DNA from: an uncultured bacterium
Lineage (GTDB): Bacteria; Patescibacteriota; Minisyncoccia; Phycocordibacterales; Phycocordibacteraceae
Assembly (NCBI GenBank): GCA_963851445.1
Contig: CAWKPH010000002.1
Span: 25,716 to 89,715 of the forward strand
Length of the DNA stretch: 64,000 nt
Direction: 5' to 3'
Position numbers and translations under genes: made by a program. Below, piece after piece: positions 1 to 9,760 of the stretch (position 1 is its first letter; each line of letters begins with the position of its first letter). The notes under the pieces are model-generated. The model did not search any database, was not told the origin of the DNA, and was given only the letters and a program-made list of their open reading frames with translations.

Positions 1-1
1 G

Positions 2-373
2 CTTGAGGTATATGATCCTCTTCAGAATCCCTCTGCATCCCCGATTGGACAGAAAGTTGAAAATGCTACCTCAATCCCTAACGCGCTTGAGTTTGTGAAA
101 GCAATAAAGACACTTGGCGTACCAATTGTATCGCTAGTGATTCGATCCGATGAGGCCGACCTCTATGCGCAGAGTGGTACACGCATTACATACGTACTTG
201 GCGATGAGCAAGCAGCCGCAGAACTTGCGAGCTCCGCATTTCCCTCACTCAACCTGAATGACGGTTCGCTCGAATATGTGGACTTACGTTTTAGCGGCAA
301 GGTGTATTTCAAGAAAATTGCCAGTGGCTCTAATACAGGCAACGTAAGCGAAGGAACCAGCACGTCTCAGTAG
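2..373 (+). CDS. hypothetical protein, 5'-partial (C-terminal ~124 aa; reading frame is open from window start)
   Basis: Frame +2 has no stop from nt 2 to the TAG at 371–373. The supplied ORF 95–373 is only the Met-initiated tail. I recognise no family. Confidence 0.3.
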   Translation, partial: LEVYDPLQNPSASPIGQKVENATSIPNALEFVKAIKTLGVPIVSLVIRSDEADLYAQSGTRITYVLGDEQAAAELASSAFPSLNLNDGSLEYVDLRFSGKVYFKKIASGSNTGNVSEGTSTSQ

Positions 374-411
374 TCGTGGAGTATTCGTTCTTTGTACGCT
401 AAGGTGCTTCT

Positions 412-1410
412 ATGGAATCATTCTGGAAAAGACTCCCGAAACCCTTTTTCGTACTTGCGCCAATGGCGGATGTGACGGATCCTGCGTACCGGCGACTTAT
501 AGCAGAGACGCATGCACCAGATGTTATGTGGACCGAGTTTGTATCGGCTGATGGATTGTATTACACGCGTGAGAAGGGAGGCATTCCGGATGATGAAAAC
601 CCACTCATGCGTGACCTAGAGTATCTAGAGAGTGAACGGCCAGTCGTGGCTCAATTTTTTTCGAGTAAGCCAGAAATGATCGAATATGCTTCAAGGCTTG
701 CTGCTATCCACCAATTTGATGGGATTGACCTCAATATGGGATGCCCCGATAAATCAATCGAGAAACAAGGGTCCGGTGCGGCGATGATAAAGACGCCAGA
801 ACTTGTGAAAGAAATTATGATGGCAGCCCGAAGAGGAGCTGCGCAGGGGAAGGCAAATGGGGATCCACTCCCAGTCTCCATTAAGACTCGCATTGGCTAC
901 AACCATGAAAGTATCAATGAATGGATTGGAACTCTTCTTAAAGAAAAACCGGATGCGCTTACGGTACACCTACGCACACGCAAAGAGATGTCGAGCGTAG
1001 AAGCACACTGGGAACTCATGCCAAAGATCATTGCGCTACGAAACGAACTTAGTCCCGAAACACTTGTTATTGGCAATGGAGATATAAAGGATCTGGAGGA
1101 TGCGCATGAAAAAGCTGCTACATACGGTGTAGACGGAGTTATGCTTGGGCGTGCTATTTTCGGCAACCCTTGGCTTTTTAGTCTTCGCATCCCGGCAGAT
1201 ATATCATTTGAAGAACGTCTTCATGCGCTAGCCAAGCTCGCGAGATATTTTGGGGAACTCCGCCCTCAAAAATCCTTCCACATTTTGAAGAAGCACGTTA
1301 AAGCTTTTGTCACAGGATTTGAAGGTGCCGCTTTACTGAGGCAGAAGCTTATGGAGGTCGAGAGCATCGAAGCCATGATAGGCGAGATTGAAGAACTCGT
1401 TCCGCATTAA
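412..1410 (+). CDS. dus: tRNA-dihydrouridine synthase (Dus family)
   Basis: N-terminal 'LAPMADVTDPAYRRL' and 'DLNMGCP' motifs together with a TIM-barrel-sized 332 aa product are typical of DusB/DusA-family enzymes. Confidence 0.85.
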   Translation: MESFWKRLPKPFFVLAPMADVTDPAYRRLIAETHAPDVMWTEFVSADGLYYTREKGGIPDDENPLMRDLEYLESERPVVAQFFSSKPEMIEYASRLAAIHQFDGIDLNMGCPDKSIEKQGSGAAMIKTPELVKEIMMAARRGAAQGKANGDPLPVSIKTRIGYNHESINEWIGTLLKEKPDALTVHLRTRKEMSSVEAHWELMPKIIALRNELSPETLVIGNGDIKDLEDAHEKAATYGVDGVMLGRAIFGNPWLFSLRIPADISFEERLHALAKLARYFGELRPQKSFHILKKHVKAFVTGFEGAALLRQKLMEVESIEAMIGEIEELVPH

Positions 1411-1545
1411 GCACTCTTTATTTACAGGACTGTTTTTATATGGGGATAACCTGATTGCAGACACTATAGAGGCATGCTAGGATTCTCAGGAACTTGGAAC
1501 ACCGACTTAAAAAGCGATCAGTACAAGCGCGCCCCTGGCGCGAAG

Positions 1546-1581
1546 AAAAACGCCTTCCAACCGGAAGGCGTTTTTCTTTTT
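1546..1581 (+). terminator. rho-independent terminator
   Basis: AAAAACGCCTTCC-AACC-GGAAGGCG hairpin followed by TTTTTCTTTTT. Confidence 0.6.
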
Positions 1582-1617
1582 ACTTGATTCATTTACTAAA
1601 TCTAAAAAACCCATTCT

Positions 1618-2452
1618 ATGAACATGGCATACAAGGCGAGCCACAAGGCAACCTCATTCAGCACCTCTATCAACGCGCTCCGCGCGTTTTTTCTTGCTCG
1701 CGACTTCGTTGAAGTTCACACGCAAGATAGACTTAGTATCCTCGCTGCCTGTGAGGATCCTACAACCGTTGCGACATACGAATATGAGAACCAACGTTGG
1801 CCACTTCCGCAGACGGGCCAAATGTGGCTCGAATATGAGTTATTGACCCAGCCTCAATATGCCGGAGTCTTCTGCGTCTCAACCAGCTATCGCAATGAGC
1901 CTAATCCCATTCCAGGACGACACGACAAAATCTTTCCCATGTTCGAATTCGAGGCATCCGGAACCATTGATGACCTGCGTACTTTAGAAGTAGATCTTTG
2001 TGAAATATCTTCAACTCGGAAGTGCACAGGAGTTTACGCACCACACCTATCGTGATCTTGCCAGTAGATACAAAACTGCTGAACTCACGAGCGAACATGA
2101 AAAACGCATCGAGGAAGATTTCGGAAGAGTTGCCTTCATTGAATATTTTCCCGAAGAAACATCACCATTCTGGAATATGAATCGTACACAAAAAGGTGCT
2201 GCGAAAATTGACGTCATTATTGATGGCATAGAGACCATAGGTTCGGCGGAGCGCAGCACTGATCCAGAAGATATGCGCAGGCGATTTAAAACCATCTCAG
2301 ACGGAGAATACGCAGATTTACTCTTTCGGATCTTCGGGCAGGAGCGGGTTGAGGCCGAACTCGAGCAATTTCTAGCGCTTTCATTCTTCCCCCGTTTTGG
2401 GGGTGGGATTGGCATGACCCGCATGATGCGAGCTTTGGAAAAAAGCAGTTAA
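1618..2452 (+). pseudogene. class II aaRS catalytic-core-like protein (AsnA/archaeal asparagine synthetase-like), interrupted by a +1 frame change
   Basis: ORF 1618–2055 carries an aaRS class II motif-1/2-like region ('FFLARDFVEVHT', 'STSYRNEPNPIPGRHDKIFPMFEFE'). ORF 2000–2452 (GTG-initiated, different frame) carries 'FIEYFPEETSPFWNM' and a motif-3-like 'FGGGIGMTRMM'. The two frames overlap by 55 nt; frame 2 is closed by a TAG at 1991–1993, so the shift lies between 1994 and 2055. Confidence 0.55.
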
Positions 2453-2470
2453 TCCCTATATACTGAGTGC

Positions 2471-3517
2471 ATGGCTCATCAGTCGCTCTATCGTGCGTAT
2501 CGTCCTTCAAACTTTAAGGAGGTTGTAGGACAGGAACAAATAACTAAGGCGCTTATTGAGCAGATGGCTTCTGAAAAGGTAGGACATGCTTATCTCTTCG
2601 CCGGTTCTCGCGGCCTTGGCAAAACCTCAATTGCGCGAATATTCGCAAAAGAACTTGGCACCACTGAGCGTGACTTATATGAAATTGATGCTGCTTCCAA
2701 TAACAGTGTCGACGACATCCGTGCACTTACAGAAAATGTCTACACGCTCCCATTTGAGTCGAAATATAAAGTCTATATTCTCGATGAGGCGCACATGCTT
2801 TCGAAGGGCGCATGGAATGCATTTTTAAAGACTCTCGAAGAACCACCTGCGCACGTAATATTCATTCTTGCGACGACCGAGCTGTCGCGTATTCCTGAAA
2901 CTGTTCAATCGCGCTGCCAGGTATATGAATTCAAGAAACCATCACGTATGGGTCTTGCAAAATTAGTTGTCGAAGTTGCAAAGAAAGAAGGATATACGAT
3001 TGAATCCTCAGCAGCAGATCTTATCGCAATTCTTTCAGAAGGTTCTTATCGCGACTCACTTTCAGTACTTGAGAGAATATTTGGCTCAGTGCAGGGAAAG
3101 AAAATTACGCGTGAAGATGCAGAACTTGCGACCGGCGCGCCTAAGCACGAACTCATAGAAAAATTCGTTACCGCACTATCAGAGGAGAATGCAAGCAGCG
3201 CACTTGGTGTCCTTCGTCGTGCTACGAATGAAAGTATTGACATGCCGCTCTATCTTTCGCTCGTTTTAGAGTATGTTCGCACCATATTGTTGGTTCGATT
3301 TGCCTCTGAACTCCGTAAGGAATTAGAGGATGAGCTTGGCACTGATGAATATGCTGAAGTGGAGAAGCTAGCAATGGCTAAGGATTCGAAGCTAACGCAC
3401 GAGACACTCCGTGTCCTACTCGATGCCACCGAACGGATGCGTTTTTCGCCGATTCCATCTCTATCACTTGAACTTGCCGTCTTTGAGCTTATCGGGCAGG
3501 ATGGAGAAAGCGCATGA
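2471..3517 (+). CDS. dnaX: DNA polymerase III subunit gamma/tau (short form)
   Basis: 'YRPSNFKEVVGQEQ…FAGSRGLGKTSIARIFAKEL…ILDEAHML' are the clamp-loader AAA+ Walker A/B and N-terminal motifs. Confidence 0.85.
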   Translation: MAHQSLYRAYRPSNFKEVVGQEQITKALIEQMASEKVGHAYLFAGSRGLGKTSIARIFAKELGTTERDLYEIDAASNNSVDDIRALTENVYTLPFESKYKVYILDEAHMLSKGAWNAFLKTLEEPPAHVIFILATTELSRIPETVQSRCQVYEFKKPSRMGLAKLVVEVAKKEGYTIESSAADLIAILSEGSYRDSLSVLERIFGSVQGKKITREDAELATGAPKHELIEKFVTALSEENASSALGVLRRATNESIDMPLYLSLVLEYVRTILLVRFASELRKELEDELGTDEYAEVEKLAMAKDSKLTHETLRVLLDATERMRFSPIPSLSLELAVFELIGQDGESA

Positions 3518-3559
3518 GAGTGCCGTCTGTGCTCTGCAAGTGCGCTAAAATGAATATAT

Positions 3560-3631
3560 TGGGAGATCGTCTAACGGTAGGACAGCGGCCTTTGAAGCCG
3601 TGAATCTAGGTTCGATCCCTAGTCTCCCAGC
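3560..3631 (+). tRNA. tRNA-Gln (anticodon UUG)
   Basis: Cloverleaf folded by hand: acceptor TGGGAGA/TCTCCCA with a U1:A72 pair and G73, D-stem GTC/GAC, anticodon stem GCGGC/GCCGT, loop CTTTGAA (anticodon TTG), T-arm CTAGG-TTCGATC-CCTAG. Confidence 0.8.
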
Positions 3632-4149
3632 AGACTTGGACAGGTCGCCAAATCGGCCATCAGCAGGAACGGTTTCGCGGCGCAGACGTTGAGTTTTCCA
3701 GCCGCCATCGTGGGGTTTGATGCAACGGTTTTCAGAATCATCCGCTTTTCGTCGTCGGGAGCGACGGAAAACCAATCCGCGGCCTGGTTGCAAAACGAAA
3801 TCAGCTGGCGCAAGGGTTTGATGCAATCCTCCGACTCCGCAGGCCCAGCAAGCTTTTCGGCAAATCGTCGCTGCTCTGCCTGAAGGGTCTCTCGCTGCAG
3901 GATAAATTCCTCATCAGTGAGTAGGTTGCGCAGCCGTAGGCTGGTGAGCTCACGGAGTTGTCCCTGAACGCTCTTGAGCGCCTTTTCCGCCAACGCGCGG
4001 CCGGCGACTAGTTCCGCCTTCAACTGGTCGTTGAGAAGTTCGAGGGTCGACGTCATCCAGTCATCGATACCCGGATCGGGGCGTACGCCGCCACAGGGCG
4101 CACCATTCTGCAGATCGACGCTGACACGCCAGTTGTTCTCTTTCGTTTG
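3619..4149 (-). pseudogene. C-terminal fragment of a large serine recombinase-like protein (coiled-coil region), GC-rich, no intact catalytic N-terminus
   Basis: Minus-strand frame is open 4149→3619. The translation 'LKAELVAGRALAEKALKSVQGQLRELTSLRLRNLLTDEEFILQRETLQAEQRRFAEKL' resembles the C-terminal coiled-coil of large serine recombinases. The stop overlaps the 3' end of tRNA-Gln, and the DNA is visibly GC-rich compared with the flanking sequence. Confidence 0.35.
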
Positions 4150-4851
4150 GCGGCCGACTCAGGAGAGTCGCCGATACAATCAATTGCAGTAGCCGACGAC
4201 GGCACCGTCTTTTTCTCCACCGAAAACCGGGTCTTTGCTCTGCTGGATGGGGGAGCGTTGTCGATCGTCAACAACAACGGGGGCGAGTTGCGGATCCGCG
4301 AGGGATACCTCTACGTGCTCAATCCAAAGGGCCCGCTCCTATTCCGGGTCAGTCCCACGTCGAAACAAATCTTCGCCGGAGGAGGTCAATGAAAATCGTC
4401 AGATTGCGACTGAGATCGGGACCAATTCAGCAGATTGAAGCGGGACCTCCGCCTCTCGAATCAAGCGGGTCGATTCTGCGTCAGGAGACGATCGAACCTG
4501 TCGACCATCGCCCACGCGAGTCTTTCGCGGAATGACATTGCTGCTTCTCTATCCTCGTCGTACGCGACACCAACAGACAGGTATTTTCTCACCGAGTCTC
4601 TGAGCGCGGTGTCCCCGACAAGGATTGCCGCGACATCATCTATAGATAGTGAATTGACGTCGTGTCTGTCCCGATCTGACTCCCCAGACACCGACGCAAA
4701 CCAGCTATCTATAGCAGCTTTGACGTCATGCCGCCTGCCCAGGGGATCATTGTTAATAATATTTGGAGAAGTATTCCTTTCGTAACTTTGCATTTGCCTA
4801 GAATGCTAACACGATTTTCAGTCTTCGGCGCCATCGATCGTGTGGACAGCA

Positions 4852-5493
4852 TTATCGCAAGCCAACATTATTTTTCCGATCGTTCGCCTTATCAAGGACG
4901 TCGCGCCGCGCCGCCGCGCTGCGGTCGCCAGTGTCCAGACCGCGCTGCCTATGATCGCCATTAATCGCAACGCGAATTGACCGAAGCGCCTCGGCGTAAA
5001 GTCCTCGACGTGCCTCATCCTGCGCCCACCGAAATTGTTCATAAGCATCCGTGGCGGAGGGATTCCTACCAATAACTACAAGATTGTTTATACCTTCATC
5101 CAACACCCCAAGACGTTCGGATAGATCACTGAAACCCCATTCCAAAGCCGAAACGATTTCGCGGCTTGAATCGCGGATCTCGGACTCGATACCGGAGAGG
5201 CCTTTGCGAACTGTGTTGTCAAGGTCGGTGATGCTCTCACGCACCTCCAGGTTTGTCCGCGCGACATCACTGAGGCGGCCCGAAAGCAATTCGTTTCCAT
5301 CGGCCATGTTTTTGGAAACCTGGAGTCCGATTTCCTTTAGATCATCTATGCTAGCCACAAGCTCTCTTGTTTGACGGTCGGCGATAAAGCCAATACCGCG
5401 CATCTGAAAGCGGTACCTCATCCATTGGGGATAGGTGAAATTAGTTTTGACGTTGTATTCGTAGTTGTACCTGAGGTCGTCAATAAAAGACAT
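4852..5493 (-). CDS. hypothetical protein (213 aa) within the GC-shifted island
   Basis: Intact ORF preceded by GGGAG about 8 nt upstream of the ATG on the minus strand. No family recognised. Confidence 0.35.
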   Translation of the reverse strand: MSFIDDLRYNYEYNVKTNFTYPQWMRYRFQMRGIGFIADRQTRELVASIDDLKEIGLQVSKNMADGNELLSGRLSDVARTNLEVRESITDLDNTVRKGLSGIESEIRDSSREIVSALEWGFSDLSERLGVLDEGINNLVVIGRNPSATDAYEQFRWAQDEARRGLYAEALRSIRVAINGDHRQRGLDTGDRSAAARRDVLDKANDRKNNVGLR

Positions 5494-5584
5494 TATCCGA
5501 TCTCCCAGAGAAATGTCGCTGTATAAAGTTCACTATCAACAGGTGGAAAATGGTGGCCAGTAATACACATTGTATACTGTGATC

Positions 5585-6025
5585 ATGTCTGAAGCACCGC
5601 GATTTACACGTGCTGTCGATCCGGAAAGTCGCCGCGAAGCGAGAGTCGAAGTTCTCAAGGGTCGTGTTGACGGAATCTTAGCGGGCACTTTTCTATTTGC
5701 GCAACGAACGATTGAGCAGCTCCAACAATACATGGCCGATCCCTCGGAGGTAAGCGCCACTGGCCAGGCGCCAGCTTGGATGAATGACGAGCTCATTCGA
5801 GAGTTGGCCCAGGCGGAGGTGAGAAATCAACTCACCCGCGCCAAAGACGTACTTGCGGCAGGCTACCCAGTTAACGCAGAGGCTTGGTTGCATGGAGTTG
5901 AGGAGCAAATCAAGTTGCATGAATCGCTTGGCCGTCTGACAGCTGAGGAGGCGGCGGACTTTGAGTCCGAAGTAGCGGAAATCAGAAATGGTCCGGACGA
6001 TCCGACCCAGGAGGACTCGGAATGA
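5585..6025 (+). CDS. hypothetical protein (about 147 aa), divergent from 4852–5493
   Basis: ORF track gives 5570–6025. A -10-like TATACT at 5572–5577 suggests a near-leaderless start at the second Met (5585). No family recognised. Confidence 0.3.
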   Translation: MSEAPRFTRAVDPESRREARVEVLKGRVDGILAGTFLFAQRTIEQLQQYMADPSEVSATGQAPAWMNDELIRELAQAEVRNQLTRAKDVLAAGYPVNAEAWLHGVEEQIKLHESLGRLTAEEAADFESEVAEIRNGPDDPTQEDSE

Positions 6026-6299
6026 TCCCAACGGTGGATATTGCATAAGGGAAAGGGTCTTGGATTCGTGTTCCGCCGCCGCTGATTGGGTCGTCGACCT
6101 GCACGCTCCGGTGATTCCGACGCGCCCTGGCAAAGACTTAGGTCGGTTCGCGCGGAACTAAGCCGCAATCGTATGCGCGTGACGCATAGAGCACCGTCGT
6201 GCGCCAAACGGCCACCGACCCCAAAATCAATCCGGACCTCCCGCGCATTCGGGAGCGCCGGAATGGTTCCGACGCTCCCGTCATGCACGGGAGATTTCA

Positions 6300-6506
6300 A
6301 TGAACAGTACAGTTCTTTCCAAGCCGCGGGCCGACGTGCACCAGGCCGTCACCGACAAGATCATCACCGCCATCGAAGCGGGTGCCGGGGAGTTCGTCAT
6401 GCCTTGGCATCACAAGGGGCCAGCCAACGGCGGACAGGGTGGTGCGTCGGCCACGACCGGCTTCCCATACACAAGCCCATCCGGCGAGGAGAGCGCCATA
6501 GCCTGA
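6300..6506 (+). pseudogene. N-terminal fragment of an ArdC-like (antirestriction, DUF1738-type) protein
   Basis: 'SKPRADVHQAVTDKIITAIEAGAGEFVMPW' matches the conserved ArdC N-terminal pattern (DVYQ.VTD.II.A.E.G…PW). The reading frame then degenerates and stops after 68 aa. The DNA is very GC-rich. Confidence 0.45.
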
Positions 6507-6681
6507 TCGAGGTGGTTTGCGATGACTCCAAGCCCCTTCGGGCGTTGAGGGGGTGCCGGAAGATTGCCTGGTGCATCGAGGTCCCATGGCGAATAACCAA
6601 ACGGTGGCAATCAATTTCCAGGAGACCATATTGGTATCAACCGGCAATGACAACAATTGAGAGATATGTTAACTTTTCACT

Positions 6682-7131
6682 ATGGAATCATCACCTGATA
6701 CGAACGGTCCTAGTCCACGTACAAGGAAGGAAGATACAAAGTCAAAGCGCGCTTTAAGCTATGCGGCCGTTTCGGTTGCATTATTGCTATTGATAATCCT
6801 TACTGTCGGTGGATATATTCTACGCTCGTCATATTACCAACAAAAGCCAGCTGTAGATGTACAGACACTAAATCATTTTGTATGTCGTAGCTCGACATAT
6901 TCGATCTCCGTCTTCAATAATGGAAATGCGACGGGCGTATCGCTGGATGCGCCATCGGGACCAGTGACATTCTTAGGTCAAATTGGACCGGGTAACTATT
7001 TCACTCCCGAATCAGTTATCCCGTCTAGCTATATATCGTATTTATCGGAGCTGGGGACGTGCAAAAACTCCGATGGCTTGACGTTTTATCAAGTCTACAA
7101 GAGCGTTTCTACGAGCACATTGTCTCATTGA
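6682..7131 (+). CDS. hypothetical membrane-anchored protein (low-GC ORF embedded between GC-rich segments)
   Basis: 149 aa with one N-terminal TM helix (LSYAAVSVALLLLIILTVGGYIL) and then a Ser/Thr-rich domain. The composition matches the host-like low-GC DNA. Confidence 0.4.
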   Translation: MESSPDTNGPSPRTRKEDTKSKRALSYAAVSVALLLLIILTVGGYILRSSYYQQKPAVDVQTLNHFVCRSSTYSISVFNNGNATGVSLDAPSGPVTFLGQIGPGNYFTPESVIPSSYISYLSELGTCKNSDGLTFYQVYKSVSTSTLSH

Positions 7132-8115
7132 GCGAATGAAATAAGGGCCGCCTATTGCAGGGCTAATCCGAACGATTGGACGGGATCTGAAAAGCGGGGC
7201 GCTGTCCGGGGCGGAAGCTTTAGACTACCTGGAACCTCGGCCCCGCCAGGACGGCTGGTGCCCCGCGCCAGTTCTCGAATGGGCTGATAGCTAGCCCGCT
7301 ACCATGCCTGCCACCGAAGCCGGCCATTGCGGCGATGAATTGGCCAGCGGCTGCGGGGCTGGCGGCAAGACCTTGGACCTGCTCCGCAGGATCAATCACT
7401 GTGGTCCCGCCGCTACCGTCAAGGGTGGTGACGACTAAGCGGGGGTTGGCCTCGCCCTGGGTCCATTCGGACTTGCCGACGACGCGGCGTCGGGTACTCC
7501 AGCTCTTGCGAGTGGTCCGCATGAAGTCCTTGAAGCGGCGGACCGGCTGAGACGCCGCTCTCCCGGAGGCACCCTTCATCATGACGTTCATATCCGTCCC
7601 ATCCGTAGGTGACCATGCACTCATCGCGGGTTGAGCAAAGTGTTCGGAAACCACACCTGCCTAGATTCCGGTCGGTTTTCACACTAGCTGCGAACGCTTT
7701 GAGCGTGGCAAGGGGCTGTTGTTGTCGAGTAGCTCGGCCCCTTCTCGTCTGACGAGCTCAGAGAACTTTTTATTGAGAAAGGAATAAGTTATTCAAATGA
7801 GGATCTCAATGAGATTATTTATCCACTGATTGAAAAGTATTTAGCAGCCGGATATGCCATAGCGATTGACGCTAACTGTTCAAGAGTAGTGGGTAATACT
7901 CTTACCGGTGATAACTTCCGAGAATTTCAATCTCGAGCAGAGATGGAAAATACCGGCTTATCTGTCATAAAATATGGAAAACGCCATAAAGGAAACTCGT
8001 GGTACGTATGGACGTATAACGACCATGCTCACTTAGGCTAGAAGCATTCTGGATACTTTTAGAAAGCCATCTTCTAATAATAAAAACGTCCCCGGATTTA
8101 AAGCCGGAGACGCGG

Positions 8116-8427
8116 TCAGAATTGCCTCGAATTAGGCGAAACATTCTCGAAATGTTCTATGGAGAAATCAATGCCCGGCTCCTCCTCTAGATAAACTCTG
8201 AGGCGCGTAACGCCGATCACAATACGATCGAGTGTGTAATGGGCCCCAAGCTTGAGGTAGCGATCAACAGCTTCGAGCCCGAGTATCCTCCAGCTGTATC
8301 GGATTGTTGCGCCCGGTCGAGTTCGAAAGTCCATTACTGGACCCAGTAGCATTCGAGGTCTACGCGGCGTGATGAAATCACACGCGGACTGATCCCCAAA
8401 GATTTGGGCAAAATTACCATCAGCCAA
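8116..8427 (-). CDS. hypothetical protein (103 aa)
   Basis: ORF only; no recognisable motif. Confidence 0.25.
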   Translation of the reverse strand: MADGNFAQIFGDQSACDFITPRRPRMLLGPVMDFRTRPGATIRYSWRILGLEAVDRYLKLGAHYTLDRIVIGVTRLRVYLEEEPGIDFSIEHFENVSPNSRQF

Positions 8428-8539
8428 AACTTATTCTCCCAGATGAACAAACGCAGAGAAAAGAATAGCATATACTGAATAAATTTCCAACATTCTCCCA
8501 AAAAGCCAATGTAATTGCTAAATCAGCTCATTATGCTGA

Positions 8540-8577
8540 AAAAGTGACACTTAAAAGTCTGTTTTCGTGTCACTTTT
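8540..8577 (-). terminator. probable terminator for 8666–9688
   Basis: 11-bp perfect inverted repeat AAAAGTGACAC…GTGTCACTTTT with a T-run on the minus strand. Confidence 0.45.
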
Positions 8578-8665
8578 GTCACTATTTGAGGCCTATTGGA
8601 TTCAGTACCGTACCCGGTACCCTTATTCTCAGAGAATTCCAGCGGTGAATGCAAAAAAATCTCAA

Positions 8666-9688
8666 TCAGTTAACAATTACCGTAGAGGTCACTGTAGCCG
8701 ACTGACCACTTGCGTTTGATACGGTAAAGATCGGCGCATACGTGCCTGCATTCTCATAGGCATGTGTAAACGTTGCTGAGGATTGAACACCTCCAGCATT
8801 AGCGGATTCGAGTTGATAGGGAACTGCAACCTCGTCTCCCCACCGTACTGAATACTGTAAATTAGTTGAGGCTCCAGTGTCTCCCACATTCACCGTCCAT
8901 GTTCCCGTTTCTCCAGGTGAAAGTTCGGCTGGGCCCTGAATTCCGTTAATTGTAAGTGGTAACCCGGGAATTCCGTTTCCTGAAGTCACTGTAAATGTCT
9001 CACTATTGCTTGTCCCATTCGCATTCTCAACTGAAACAGTGTACGTTCCGGGCCCTACCAAGCGTACATATTCTGGACACATAAGATCACCCGTACAATT
9101 TGGTCCTATCGAAGAGGGAACTGTGAAGGTTAATGTTTCAAGTGGATTTCCGCAATTAAGATTTGACGTGCACATGATATTCATGGTTGAAGTGACTGGA
9201 ATATTCGATATGGGGCCACCTCCAAAGAGGATTGTGTTATTTGAAGTAAAGCCATATCCGGTAATAGTTACCTGGGTGCCCACACTACCAGACGTAGGAT
9301 ACAGTGACTGAATGCTAACTGACGAATTAGGCGGCAGGGAACTACAGGTTAAGTTCTCAATAACCCCTCGGGTAATTGGGCCAACATATCCTGTTGGATT
9401 GACTCCATTCGCTTCCTGAAAACGCTTAACTGCGGCAAAAGTCAAAGGGCCAAAAACACCTACAGGAGAATAAGGAAAATAGGCTTTTTCTTGCAGATAT
9501 GTTTGAAGCGTCGTTACCTCATTGCCTGACGAGTAATCGGTAGAACCGTAGTAGATATCATTAGTGAGCGATATGCAGGCAATCGGAGGTGTCATAACTT
9601 GAGCGTGGGCAATTCCCTGAGGCGCTGACACGAAAACAAGTCCTGTCATTAGCAATATTCCAATATATTTTTTCATAGGTGTTGTCAT
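8666..9688 (-). CDS. secreted protein with a peptidoglycan-binding (PG_binding_1-like) domain followed by IPT/TIG-like beta domains
   Basis: Signal peptide (MKKYIGILLMTGLVFVSAPQGIAHA). 'LQTYLQEKAYF…GVFGPLTFAAVKRFQEANGVNPTGYVGPIT' is the PG_binding_1 signature. 'GTYTVSVENANGTSNSETFTV' resembles IPT/TIG repeats. Paralog of 12310–13785. Confidence 0.7.
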   Translation of the reverse strand: MTTPMKKYIGILLMTGLVFVSAPQGIAHAQVMTPPIACISLTNDIYYGSTDYSSGNEVTTLQTYLQEKAYFPYSPVGVFGPLTFAAVKRFQEANGVNPTGYVGPITRGVIENLTCSSLPPNSSVSIQSLYPTSGSVGTQVTITGYGFTSNNTILFGGGPISNIPVTSTMNIMCTSNLNCGNPLETLTFTVPSSIGPNCTGDLMCPEYVRLVGPGTYTVSVENANGTSNSETFTVTSGNGIPGLPLTINGIQGPAELSPGETGTWTVNVGDTGASTNLQYSVRWGDEVAVPYQLESANAGGVQSSATFTHAYENAGTYAPIFTVSNASGQSATVTSTVIVN

Positions 9689-9760
9689 AAAGGATAAGAC
9701 GCTCTACTCCAGGTATTATTACATTAAAGCAACACTCTAGTAACAGCTCTGGTATATACT

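Noticed and set aside
6086-6757. Long ORFs in the GC-rich block (6086–6757 +, 6297–6656 -, 6397–6610 -, 3545–3826 -, 3689–3883 +)
   Set aside because: Arg/Pro/Gly-rich low-complexity translations that mutually overlap in several frames. This is the expected artefact of open frames in GC-rich DNA. Only the ArdC-like stretch (6300–6506) has recognisable sequence.
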